This document shows, one piece after another, positions 28,382 through 37,715 of a DNA stretch of 64,000 nt (its first letter is position 1; every line of letters begins with the position of its first letter). Origin of the DNA: Patescibacteria group bacterium. GTDB taxonomy: Bacteria > Patescibacteriota > Dojkabacteria > J137. The DNA is taken from the NCBI GenBank assembly GCA_963169855.1, contig CAUJCN010000002.1, forward strand, positions 369,154-433,153. The letters are read 5' to 3'. The notes under the pieces are model-generated. The model was not told where the DNA came from, did not search any database, and was given only the letters and a program-made list of their open reading frames with translations. The translations under genes were made by a program, and so were the position numbers.

Positions 28382-29089
28382 ATGTCAAAACAGTTAGTAA
28401 TAATCTCGGGTGCTAGCACAGGAATTGGAAAAGCTACGGCTATTGAGTTAGGAAAAATGGGCTACTCTTTAATTCTAATTGGAAGAAATCGGAAAAAGTT
28501 GGAGGATACCAAGAACTTTATTTTGAGTTCAGGTGGAGAAGCTTGGGTGTCTATAGTTGATTTAAGTAACAAAGACTCTGTAAATGAATTTCTTGAATCG
28601 ATTAAACCCTATAACCATACGTTACATTCTTTAGTAAATATTGCTGGTGTATGGCACGATGATAGTAATGTTTTCGCTAATACCGATTTCGATAAATTTT
28701 CTCAAAACATAATTCTAGATACCTTGAATGTAGGAATAACTTCTCCAATCTTACTGGCTCACGGCTTAATACCTTTAATGAAAAAAGGAAGTACTATAGT
28801 TAATTTGTCGGGGACATTCGAAAATGGCGCAAAAGGTTGGTTGCCATATTACATTTCCAAGAAAGCTATAGAATCACTGACTATTGGATTATCAGAGGAA
28901 TTAGCCAACAGAGAGATTTATGTAAACTGTGTATCTCCTTCAGATACATCAACAGAAGAGTACGAAAGATTTTTTCCAGAATATATTGATTTGTCTGTTA
29001 CACCAGAGGATGTTGCAAAAATAGTTGTTAAATACGTTGAAAATCAACATAAGGTTTCAGGACAGATAGAAGTTGTAAAAAAAACATAA
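28382..29089 (+). CDS. Short-chain dehydrogenase/reductase
   Basis: Cofactor-binding motif GASTGIGKA and catalytic YxxxK (YYISKKA). Confidence 0.75.
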   Translation: MSKQLVIISGASTGIGKATAIELGKMGYSLILIGRNRKKLEDTKNFILSSGGEAWVSIVDLSNKDSVNEFLESIKPYNHTLHSLVNIAGVWHDDSNVFANTDFDKFSQNIILDTLNVGITSPILLAHGLIPLMKKGSTIVNLSGTFENGAKGWLPYYISKKAIESLTIGLSEELANREIYVNCVSPSDTSTEEYERFFPEYIDLSVTPEDVAKIVVKYVENQHKVSGQIEVVKKT

Positions 29090-29872
29090 CTATATCAGAA
29101 CCCTAGATTTAACAGTATCTATGGCATTTGACGTACCAACAAGGTAAAAATCCATTTCTTGGTATCGAACGATTTCGAAAGTTGCACCAGCCTCCTGAGC
29201 AATTAAAAGACCTCCAAAAATGTCAGCTTTCTCTTTTGTTTTTCTTATACTTTTTATAAAGATCTGAAAGTAGTTTCGTCCCAAGTAACAAAGAGATAAT
29301 GCTCCACTTCCAAGCATTCTTGTCCTAGAGAAAGTTTCCAAAGATCTTTGATAACATTTCGCTGCCCACTCAGCTTCGGAAGAATCTTTCATTACGTGGT
29401 CCCAACTTACGATTGTTTCGTTGACAGGAACTTCTTGATTAAATTTTAAATCGTTCACACTACTTTCGGAAATTAGTTTCGCACCTTTCCCTTTTTCAGC
29501 AACAAAGATTTCATTTGTCATTATGTTTGCTACGATTGCAAAAACAGATTCATCATTTTGAATTCTTACTAGAGAAATTGAACTTAATGGAATTCCAAAT
29601 AGGTAGTGTCTTGTTCCATCGATTGGATCAATTAACCAACCTCCCTCTTCTCCTCCGTTTTCTTCTCCCCAAATTTTTTCGTTTGGAAAATTAGTTTCGA
29701 TAAAAGTTCGTAATTTTGATTCGATGTAAGAGTCAACTTCGCTCACCAATTCGTTATTTTCTTTTGCAGAGAAAGATTTCGGAACATTATTTTTTGCGTG
29801 GTCAGCAAGTCCCTTTACAAATTCTATTAGAAGATTGTATTGATTATTCATATTACTGAAATCTAAATTCAC
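29090..29872 (-). CDS. Inositol monophosphatase-family phosphatase (SuhB/CysQ-like)
   Basis: WLIDPIDGT motif and the downstream metal-binding pattern. Confidence 0.75.
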   Translation of the reverse strand: MNLDFSNMNNQYNLLIEFVKGLADHAKNNVPKSFSAKENNELVSEVDSYIESKLRTFIETNFPNEKIWGEENGGEEGGWLIDPIDGTRHYLFGIPLSSISLVRIQNDESVFAIVANIMTNEIFVAEKGKGAKLISESSVNDLKFNQEVPVNETIVSWDHVMKDSSEAEWAAKCYQRSLETFSRTRMLGSGALSLCYLGRNYFQIFIKSIRKTKEKADIFGGLLIAQEAGATFEIVRYQEMDFYLVGTSNAIDTVKSRVLI

Positions 29873-31391
29873 GAACCGCTTCTCGGTTTTGTTCTCTAAA
29901 AGCTCGATCCTTCATTAAGAATTCCTGCATTCCTTCAATAAGTAATGGAGATGCTTCACTAATATCTAATCCATTAATTCTTAGAACTTCAACAATATCA
30001 ACTGATTCTCCTTTCTCTAATGCTTCCCCAATCAAAGTAATTATCAAAGAAATTTCATCTTCTCTGTACTTCAAACCTCCTTCTCCTGGGTCTAAAGCCT
30101 TCCAGTTAAGCATTTTATGTACTTGAACATCCAAATCATTCTCCTTTAACCAATTTTCAATACCGTTAAAGTTAATAGCAACCTTTCTTTGTTTTGTGTA
30201 CTTAAACTTAAAGTGTTCGTCATAACCGTCTACAACATCCGCGTTCTTTTCTGGGATGATCAATTGAAATCTTCCAACCATTGCTACTACTTGTTTAATT
30301 TGATTTTGAATTAAAGGTTCATTAATTTGCTCAAAAGCATTCACAAACATGTAAACAGGTTTTCCACTCTCTCTAATTTTGCTTCCAAATTGATTTAGAA
30401 TTGGAAGCCAATTTGTAACTGACCCCGCAGGAATAATCCAAAAATCTGTTGTTTCAAGAATACTATCAAACATCTCATTAACTTTAGGGTCTTTAGTTAT
30501 TTCCTCCTGGCAATCTTCATCTAGGAACAATCGATAACTATCTGGTTTGAGTTTTTCATTTGACTGCATGTCATCAATCGCTCCTTCACCTTTTACTTGA
30601 ATTCCAGTTTCAGTCTCTGCGTACAAATGCATTCCTTTTTCTCTTAATAATCGCATCCAAATGTTTTGTGGTATTAAGTTCAAATTTCGTAATAACCCAA
30701 AGAATAAATCTTGCACACCAAGCTCCCCTTTGTGAAATTCTGGAGACAATTCTAAATCTTCTGTTGCTTTAATAATTTGTAGACATTCAAGATAAAGAAA
30801 ATGCAGAATTACATTTCCCAGTGCATGAGTAATGTTTTTTAGTTTCTCTGGTGAATCTATATACATTTCATTCAATGCTTCCTGGTAACATTCAAGATAA
30901 GCCTGCAAACGCATAATCATTTCTGGTAGAAAAGCGTCTACTCCATTGTCAGTTACAGGTTGCCCAGCATAGTGCATTTCAAATGCTTTTCCAATTCCGG
31001 CTTTATATAGATCAACTTCGTAGTGCTCGAAAATATTTTTGAACAAGTTTACAACAGCTCTTTTGTATTTTTCGTTATCAGCTCTATCTATAAATCTAGC
31101 TCCAAAGTCTTCGTTCCATCGTCCGATTTGAGACTTTATATCTCCAACAGGAATTACATCAATTTCGTCTTCGTTCAATTTTGAAAAAAGAACCCTGAAT
31201 TTTGGGTTTTTCCAAAGAAATGAACCCAATAGCCTTTGCAATCCAGTATGACCGCCACTATCTGCTCCAGTAACAATTGTCTGTAAAGTTCTTTTTGGAA
31301 GACCTCCTCCGTTGAAAACCATTAACCTAGCAACTTTATCGAAAATAACCGAAGCGTGACCTGAATGAGCAATAACTGTACCTCTTTTCAT
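29853..31391 (-). CDS. Divergent CofD/YvcK (UPF0052)-like protein with a roughly 190-aa C-terminal extension
   Basis: The N-terminus ...VIAHSGHAS...IVTGADSGGHTGLQRL resembles the YvcK/CofD glycine motifs (GGGTGLS ... VTVADDGGSSGRLR). The assignment is tentative. Confidence 0.4.
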   Translation of the reverse strand: MKRGTVIAHSGHASVIFDKVARLMVFNGGGLPKRTLQTIVTGADSGGHTGLQRLLGSFLWKNPKFRVLFSKLNEDEIDVIPVGDIKSQIGRWNEDFGARFIDRADNEKYKRAVVNLFKNIFEHYEVDLYKAGIGKAFEMHYAGQPVTDNGVDAFLPEMIMRLQAYLECYQEALNEMYIDSPEKLKNITHALGNVILHFLYLECLQIIKATEDLELSPEFHKGELGVQDLFFGLLRNLNLIPQNIWMRLLREKGMHLYAETETGIQVKGEGAIDDMQSNEKLKPDSYRLFLDEDCQEEITKDPKVNEMFDSILETTDFWIIPAGSVTNWLPILNQFGSKIRESGKPVYMFVNAFEQINEPLIQNQIKQVVAMVGRFQLIIPEKNADVVDGYDEHFKFKYTKQRKVAINFNGIENWLKENDLDVQVHKMLNWKALDPGEGGLKYREDEISLIITLIGEALEKGESVDIVEVLRINGLDISEASPLLIEGMQEFLMKDRAFREQNREAVREFRFQ

Positions 31392-31491
31392 ATCTTAAAA
31401 ATTAACCAAATGTACTACGGAATTTAATCTATGGCTTTAGAAAAGTCAAATCGGATCACTTAATAGCCTTACTGTAGTATAATTCTGAGTT

Positions 31492-32253
31492 ATGTTGAAG
31501 ATTCAGAACTTAAAAGTAAAACTTGTAGATGGCGATAAAGAAATCCTTCATGGAGTATCTTTGGATGTAAAACCAGGAGAAATCATAATTTTGAACGGTA
31601 AAAACGGGTCGGGTAAAAGCACACTCGTTAATACAATCATGGGTAATCCAAACTTTGAGATCACCGAAGGAAACATCGAACTTGTAAACGAAGCTCCTAA
31701 CGACTTTATCCTAGGAATGATTGATCCAGACGAAGTTAAAGAAAATGGAAACTATATTGAAGTCTGTTCAGTTGAACCAAACGAAAGATCTCTTCTAGGA
31801 ATCTATCTTGCTAATCAGTACCCTGTAGAAATTCCTGGTGTTAGCTTAACTAGTTTTCTAAGATTAATCTATAACTCTCGAAGACCAAAAGATCAGCAAT
31901 TGAACGTATTTAAATTTAAGAATTTACTAAAAGAAAAAGCAAAAATAATCAATTATCCTGAACATTTACTAGCTAGAAACTTGAATGAAGGATTCTCAGG
32001 TGGAGAAAAGAAAAAAACAGAAATTCTTCAAATGTTGATTTTAGAACCAAAATACGTAATGTTAGACGAAATTGATTCTGGATTAGATAAACAATCAGTA
32101 AAAGAAGTTTTCGAAGGAATCGCAAAATTTAAAGAATCAATTCCAGAAACAACTTTGATTATAATTTCGCACTACGATAAAGTTTTGGATTATCTAAAAC
32201 CAGATAGAACAATCGAAATGGAAGATGGATTGATTAAAGAAATTATTATATGA
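31492..32253 (+). CDS. sufC: Fe-S cluster assembly ATPase SufC
   Basis: Walker A GKNGSGKSTL, Q-loop/YP(V/I)EIPGVS, signature FSGGEKKK with the EILQM continuation, and Walker B VMLDEIDSGLD. Together these are diagnostic for SufC. Confidence 0.85.
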   Translation: MLKIQNLKVKLVDGDKEILHGVSLDVKPGEIIILNGKNGSGKSTLVNTIMGNPNFEITEGNIELVNEAPNDFILGMIDPDEVKENGNYIEVCSVEPNERSLLGIYLANQYPVEIPGVSLTSFLRLIYNSRRPKDQQLNVFKFKNLLKEKAKIINYPEHLLARNLNEGFSGGEKKKTEILQMLILEPKYVMLDEIDSGLDKQSVKEVFEGIAKFKESIPETTLIIISHYDKVLDYLKPDRTIEMEDGLIKEIII

Positions 32254-32829
32254 ACACTAGCAGAATTATTATAGCCACTTTCTTGACTTTTGTTTTTTGT
32301 GGAGTTCTAATAATTTTCTTTTATAGTGGCAAGTGTCCTTAAATAAAACCCCTTACTAAATCTCAAGATTCTAATAAGATTAATAATTCAGTAAAGGACT
32401 CAATCTATAAGCAAATTCCGATAAGTAGTCCTGAGAACGATATCGCAGATCAAAAAAAAGAAAGAGCTTGATGCTAAAAATAAGATTATTGCAGAAAATA
32501 TCATAGTAAAAAATGAAACTGTTAAGTATATAGATGGCTACTATCGATATTTTTTTGATATTAGGAATATAGGTAATCAGCAATTCTCTGGGAAAGTAGA
32601 AATTACTCTCATGAATGGTGAAGGAACTAAGATTACTAATAGTTCTTTCGATACTCAAGGTTTATTTGAAAACTCAATTGATCCCAGCTTAGGAATGAGT
32701 CGATATATTTCTGCGAGAACGGGAAATACTTTGGAATTTGGGATTAATAGACTGACTACATTTCAATATAATGTCCTTATCAACAATTCCGTATACTTTC
32801 AAGGCGAGGATGAGTTATTGAATTACTAG
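32254..32829 (+). pseudogene. Probable disrupted gene for a secreted protein: a 30-aa signal/TM peptide ORF (MNTSRIIIATFLTFVFCGVLIIFFYSGKCP) followed by a start-less, roughly 120-codon out-of-frame reading frame
   Basis: My manual translation shows a long open frame (..KIIAENIIVKNETVKYIDGYYRYFFDIRNIGNQQFSGKVEITLMNGEGTK...) extending about 45 codons upstream of its only Met. The ORF track splits this region into overlapping opposite-strand fragments. Confidence 0.3.
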
Positions 32830-32913
32830 ATTTAGAAATTAGATATTGGAACTTGGATATTAATTTTTCAACTTCATTCTTATACTTCACCTTAATCTTT
32901 TCCTTATCCTTTC

Positions 32914-32942
32914 TTGCCTTGAATTAATTTTCCCTATATACT
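32914..32942 (+). promoter_or_regulatory. Sigma70-like promoter: TTGCCT, 17-nt spacer, TATACT, about 40 nt upstream of the 32984 start
   Basis: Hexamers and spacer read directly from the sequence. Confidence 0.3.
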
Positions 32943-32983
32943 AAATATGCACAAACTATATTTACACTTGTTACAAGAAATCT

Positions 32984-34246
32984 ATGAGAAAAAAGGCTAA
33001 CTTAGAAGCATCTCCCCTATTGAGCAGTCGGGTTAACAGCACAGTACATCCGGATCGACTGGACCAAACAAGATTTACAGAAATTCAACAAAGCGTTACT
33101 CAAGAAAATAGTTCATTCAGAATAATTATTTACATAGTTATTGTGATCGCTATTGGAGTTGGAGCTGCTTTAGTTGTTAGAAATATGTCTGGTGCAGATA
33201 CATCTAGCAACAATACACCTGAACAAAATGATGACGAGGAGACTCCAAATGTTTCGGCATTTAAGGTTTCTTCATCAGTTTTACAAAATTCAGCTGCAAC
33301 AAATGCTCCAAAAGACAGTGATTTTATTTCATCGCTCTCATCTAAAGTTGGGGATACAGCAACTGTACTAAGTACAGCTAAATTAGATTCTTTAACAATT
33401 AATAAATTTCAGTCTTTCGATAGAGCTGAATTAAAATTTTCATCAGCAAAATTACCATCAATTACGATTAATTTCGCTCAGAATAAAAAATCATTATCAA
33501 TTCCTCTAACTGGAATTATGGAAGTTAATTCAGACTTAAACACAACTTCAGCAATTAATAACGTAATTACTCAATACAAATATTCAACTACTGGTCCAAC
33601 AATGTCTTTTGAATTTACAGATACAGTTGGCTATAGACTTTTAGCTCAAGGAAACACTTTGATAATCGACTTTAAAAAAGAAAGTGTAAGTTTAGCAACT
33701 TCAACAACACCAACAACAACTCCAACGACTCCAGAACCCGAGGAAGAGGAAGAAGATGAGACTCCAGTAGCTGATGGATCTAAACCAGCTGCACCTCATT
33801 TAACAAACGAATTTGGAAGAACAAAACAATATATTTCTAGCAATGTGACTGCAAGCACAATTGGATATAACAACTACTTTGTTTATGATGCAAATTCATA
33901 TTTTGAATTTAGTTTCGGTGCTAATGGATTAGCAGGAGCAGCAAATACTCCAAATGCATCAGCAGAATATGTAGAGAAAGATGGAAAGACCTTCATTGAA
34001 ATTGTTATTGAAAATCTGTCATCAGCACCATTCACAGTATCAAGAGGAAAAACTGCAGCCCAAGTTGAAGCAGAAACAGGTCTGAGCGTGTCTGGAGGAA
34101 ATTTTAAAGGAATTTCGCTAATTGACTTTGCAAATGGCAAAGCAACGTATAGAATTGAAGTAAAGAACAAAGCTGACTTTAAATTATTAGTTCAAGATTG
34201 GACTGATACAGCAACTGATGTATTAAGTATACAGATTAAAGATTAA
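32984..34246 (+). CDS. Type II membrane-anchored surface protein (420 aa) with two extracellular beta-rich modules joined by a TTPTTTPTTPEPEEEEEDETP linker
   Basis: A cytoplasmic N-terminus is followed by one TM helix. The exported region is low-complexity and Thr/Ser-rich. Confidence 0.55.
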   Translation: MRKKANLEASPLLSSRVNSTVHPDRLDQTRFTEIQQSVTQENSSFRIIIYIVIVIAIGVGAALVVRNMSGADTSSNNTPEQNDDEETPNVSAFKVSSSVLQNSAATNAPKDSDFISSLSSKVGDTATVLSTAKLDSLTINKFQSFDRAELKFSSAKLPSITINFAQNKKSLSIPLTGIMEVNSDLNTTSAINNVITQYKYSTTGPTMSFEFTDTVGYRLLAQGNTLIIDFKKESVSLATSTTPTTTPTTPEPEEEEEDETPVADGSKPAAPHLTNEFGRTKQYISSNVTASTIGYNNYFVYDANSYFEFSFGANGLAGAANTPNASAEYVEKDGKTFIEIVIENLSSAPFTVSRGKTAAQVEAETGLSVSGGNFKGISLIDFANGKATYRIEVKNKADFKLLVQDWTDTATDVLSIQIKD

Positions 34247-35133
34247 TGAATATTAGAGCCTTAAATAACATCTTGATGATTTGGATTTTCCTAGCATTGA
34301 TAGGAACTTCCTTAGGTTTAGTATTACTAATTCAAAGAAGTAACGCTCCTGCGGATTCTCAAGCTGGAGATCTTCAAGGAGTTTTCTTAGATGTAACTCC
34401 AAAGGATAATCGACATGTTTTTAGTATCGATGAAGTTGCTGAATACCAGCTTACATTCAGAGATACAACTGGAGTAACAAATAGCTTTAACAATTTGAAC
34501 ATAAAAGTTCAGTATCCAAAAGAGTTTCTAGAGCCAGAAGCAGAATTCTTTACTTTAGGATCTGCAATTTTACCTGCAAGCGAATCTGTTGGAGAATGTT
34601 TGGCTGCTGATAGTTCTTATGCATGTGCCGAACTAGATTTAGCAAAAGCTAGTAGTGCTTTATTAAAAGACGGTGAAATCGTAGCAAACATTTTCTTTAA
34701 AGTGATTAATAATACCAGAGAACCTGAAGAACTTAGATTAGGTGTAGAAAATACAGCTTCATTTAACGAAGACACTAATTCATATGTTTCTTCTGCAAAT
34801 AACGAAGTAAAAGTCCCTTTGATTGGTAGTACTGTTCTATTTAAGGTTCAGAGCAAGTGTTTAGGAGACTACAATGGACTTAAATCAGGAGGAAAAGAAG
34901 TCGATATCGAAGATCTAGCAATGTTTGGAAGCAAGTACGGAACTTTACTGAACGAGAAAGATATATTCAATTTTGATTTAGTTTCTAACGCTCCGAGTTG
35001 TGAAAACTGCTCTGCTCAATTAGACGAACAAGATTTAAAGATAATTTTATGCAACTACGCAAGTAATAGCTGTAGATTCGATCGAGACAACGTTCCTACT
35101 CAGGAAGAGATTTTAAATTTACAATGTGAATAA
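34246..35133 (+). CDS. Secreted protein with a cohesin-like beta-sandwich N-terminal domain and a Cys-rich, dockerin-like C-terminal module
   Basis: Signal/TM at the N-terminus. The cohesin-like pattern is LNIKVQYPKEFLE...IVANIFFKVINNT. The C-terminal GDYNGLKSGGKEVDIEDLAMFGSKYG / NFDLVSN...DEQDLKIIL resembles dockerin repeats. Contains eight Cys. Its ATG overlaps the preceding stop (ATGA). Confidence 0.5.
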   Translation: MNIRALNNILMIWIFLALIGTSLGLVLLIQRSNAPADSQAGDLQGVFLDVTPKDNRHVFSIDEVAEYQLTFRDTTGVTNSFNNLNIKVQYPKEFLEPEAEFFTLGSAILPASESVGECLAADSSYACAELDLAKASSALLKDGEIVANIFFKVINNTREPEELRLGVENTASFNEDTNSYVSSANNEVKVPLIGSTVLFKVQSKCLGDYNGLKSGGKEVDIEDLAMFGSKYGTLLNEKDIFNFDLVSNAPSCENCSAQLDEQDLKIILCNYASNSCRFDRDNVPTQEEILNLQCE

Positions 35134-35690
35134 TGAGATATAGAACATTTGCACTTCTTATAATCGCAATCGCAGTAACAATATCATTTATTGGAGTTTG
35201 GGGCGTTTACAGCTCATCACAGACTTCTGCAGATACAGAAAATGAATTCAGTTTCGAAACAGTAGTTGTAAACAAAGATAGTCCTTATACTTTCAACTTT
35301 AACTACACAAATTCACGAGTTGAATTGAACCAACCACAAGACTTATCGATCTTCTTGAATTCTCAATCAAATGAGCTATTCCGTGGAGCTGAGATTAAGT
35401 TACAGTACGATACTTCAAAAATAACGATTGATTCCATTGAGGGATCTACAGGATCTTTTGATCTTTACCCAAATCCAGCTGATACAGATGGAACAATCAC
35501 AATTTCTGGCGTGACTACAGAAGACAAAGTTCTAAACTTTGGAGTTGAGATAGTAAGAATAAAATTTACTAAGATCGCTTCTGGTACAGCCGAAATCAAA
35601 ATTATAGGTGGAGAAAGTGGATCTAAAGTAGTCAATGATGAATTTGGAACATTTGTTTCTAACGAAACTGTCTTAACAATTTCTGATTAA
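35133..35690 (+). CDS. Membrane-anchored cohesin-like domain protein (185 aa)
   Basis: AEIKLQYDTSKITIDSIEGSTGSFDL...DGTITISGVTT...VEIVRIKFTKIASGTAEIKI follows the cohesin domain consensus. Its start overlaps the previous stop. Confidence 0.5.
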   Translation: MRYRTFALLIIAIAVTISFIGVWGVYSSSQTSADTENEFSFETVVVNKDSPYTFNFNYTNSRVELNQPQDLSIFLNSQSNELFRGAEIKLQYDTSKITIDSIEGSTGSFDLYPNPADTDGTITISGVTTEDKVLNFGVEIVRIKFTKIASGTAEIKIIGGESGSKVVNDEFGTFVSNETVLTISD

Positions 35691-37669
35691 GCAAAAATTC
35701 TTTCGTGAAGTTCTTTAGCCTCAGCATCTGATAAGTTTACATAACTTACTCTGAATGTGTAGTTTGTTACATCTCCTTGTTTATACTCATCCATAAACTT
35801 TGTAGAATAGATACTATTTCTAATTTCAGAAGTTCTTTGAGCCACAATATCCATTGCCTCATTTAGATTCTTGGCAGAAATGTTTACATCAAGATCGGCA
35901 ATTCTGTTAGTAATTTCCATGCTTGAAGTAAATGGTTTAATCATAGAATTTATTGTTTCTAAATTGATTTCTGCGAATGTAAATTCTTGTTCAGTTACTA
36001 GCTTGTTTGAAACAGCTAACAATCCAACATGTGTTCCATTTACAGCTACAGAATAAGTGTTTGATGGATGAAAAATCTCTGCATCTTTCATTTTATCCAA
36101 TCTTATTTCTACATCTCCTAAAGTTTTCTTGATCAAAATCTGAATATCTTGGAATAACTCACTAACTGCTACTCCATTTCTTAACAAGCCTAATGCGTAA
36201 TGTTCAGCATAATGACCTTCTTCTTTTCTGAAAACTTTTCCGATCTCGAAGAATCTCATCGCTTTAAGGTTGTTTTTTACTCCTTTTACAAAGTGACCCC
36301 ATAAACTCGTAGCCAAATTTGGTCTTATGAAAGGTACTTCTTCATTAATTGAGTTTGTTGTTCTCACAGCAAGACTTGGGTCAATTTCTGTTTTATTAAT
36401 ATCATTTTCTGATACCAAAACCCAAGATCGAACTTCATCGTAACCATTTGCAGCTAAGTGCAAAATTAAAGTATCGATTAAATCCAAAACCTTTGGAGTA
36501 ATATCTTTTGTAGATTCGATTGAAATATTCTGTAAAGGAATTCTGTCGTATCCATAAATTCGAATAACCTCCTCAATTAAATCTTCTTCCATTGTTACAT
36601 CCAATCTGTTCACAGCATGATTGAAAGTATAAACTTCGCCTTGCTTGCTAACAGTCTGAAATCCTAGCCTATTTAGAATAATCTCTGATTCGTTGTGAGG
36701 AATTTCGATTCCAGCTAAGGCATTCAGTTTGTTTAAATCTAAGGTTATTGGATCAATCTTTGTTGGTTCTAAATAAATGTCTGTTAAGTTTGTGACAATC
36801 TTTCCTCCGCAATTATCTAAAATCAAACTAACTAACCAATCAAATGCTAAGTGAAGTGTGTCTGGATCTAAATATTTTTCTAATCTACTTCCAGCTTCTG
36901 TGAAGATATTTAGTTTTCTTGAGTTCTGTCTTACTATTCCACCTTCATAAACTGCCATTTCTAGAATAATATTTTTTGAATTCTGAGTGATTTCTACCTC
37001 TTTTCCTCCAATGAAAGTAAGTGATGTAGCTCTTGTTAAATCTGAGATTATTAGTATAGATGGATCAATTTCCACTTCTTCTCCATTTAGAGTTGTAAAT
37101 TTTTCATTTTGGACTGGGTATTTCCAAATCAATTTTTCGCCCTGTAACAAATCTCTATCAAAAGCGTGTGAGGCATGACCGGTTTCGATCATCACATAGT
37201 TAGAAAGGTCAACTAAATTGTTAATAGAATTCATTCCATATCTTTCCAAGTATTCTTTGAGCCATGCTGGGGATTCTCCAACTGTTACACCTTCAAGTTC
37301 AACAGCTTGTAATCTTTTTACACCACGATCTGCTTCAACAGAAACTGCCGCATTTCTTTCGGAAACTGGATATGTAGGGATTACGTAATCTGGTAAGGAA
37401 AGACCGATGTTATAAAAAGCTGATAGTTCTCTAGCTAAGCCTAAAACTCCAAAGCAGTCTGCTCTATTCTGTCTGACTTCTAAGTCCAGTAGATAGTCTT
37501 TCTGCCCCTGATATTCAACTTCATAGAATTTGTCCAGCATGTACCCGATTTTAGTGAAAGCATTTGCTGCTTCTCTTGGTCCATCTGTTAATTCAGGAAG
37601 ATATTTTTTAAGCTGTGAAAACAATAAATACATACGATGAATTATATTAAAAAAAGGCCAATAAGCCAA
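35687..37669 (-). CDS. pheT: Phenylalanyl-tRNA synthetase beta subunit, short form lacking the N-terminal OB tRNA-binding domain
   Basis: B3/4 domain, B5 domain (DLIEEVIRIYGYDRIP), class II-like core and a C-terminal anticodon-binding-like domain. No pheS gene is adjacent. Confidence 0.85.
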   Translation of the reverse strand: MAYWPFFNIIHRMYLLFSQLKKYLPELTDGPREAANAFTKIGYMLDKFYEVEYQGQKDYLLDLEVRQNRADCFGVLGLARELSAFYNIGLSLPDYVIPTYPVSERNAAVSVEADRGVKRLQAVELEGVTVGESPAWLKEYLERYGMNSINNLVDLSNYVMIETGHASHAFDRDLLQGEKLIWKYPVQNEKFTTLNGEEVEIDPSILIISDLTRATSLTFIGGKEVEITQNSKNIILEMAVYEGGIVRQNSRKLNIFTEAGSRLEKYLDPDTLHLAFDWLVSLILDNCGGKIVTNLTDIYLEPTKIDPITLDLNKLNALAGIEIPHNESEIILNRLGFQTVSKQGEVYTFNHAVNRLDVTMEEDLIEEVIRIYGYDRIPLQNISIESTKDITPKVLDLIDTLILHLAANGYDEVRSWVLVSENDINKTEIDPSLAVRTTNSINEEVPFIRPNLATSLWGHFVKGVKNNLKAMRFFEIGKVFRKEEGHYAEHYALGLLRNGVAVSELFQDIQILIKKTLGDVEIRLDKMKDAEIFHPSNTYSVAVNGTHVGLLAVSNKLVTEQEFTFAEINLETINSMIKPFTSSMEITNRIADLDVNISAKNLNEAMDIVAQRTSEIRNSIYSTKFMDEYKQGDVTNYTFRVSYVNLSDAEAKELHERIFA

Positions 37670-37715
37670 GATAAAGGATAAGATTCAGAAGAAGGATAAG
37701 AGGACATTTTACAAA

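Noticed and set aside
32380-32829. The two overlapping opposite-strand ORFs 32380-32658 (minus) and 32611-32829 (plus) taken as separate genes
   Set aside because: They overlap each other, and the plus-strand frame extends about 45 codons upstream of its Met. They are better explained as fragments of one decayed gene, reported above as a pseudogene.
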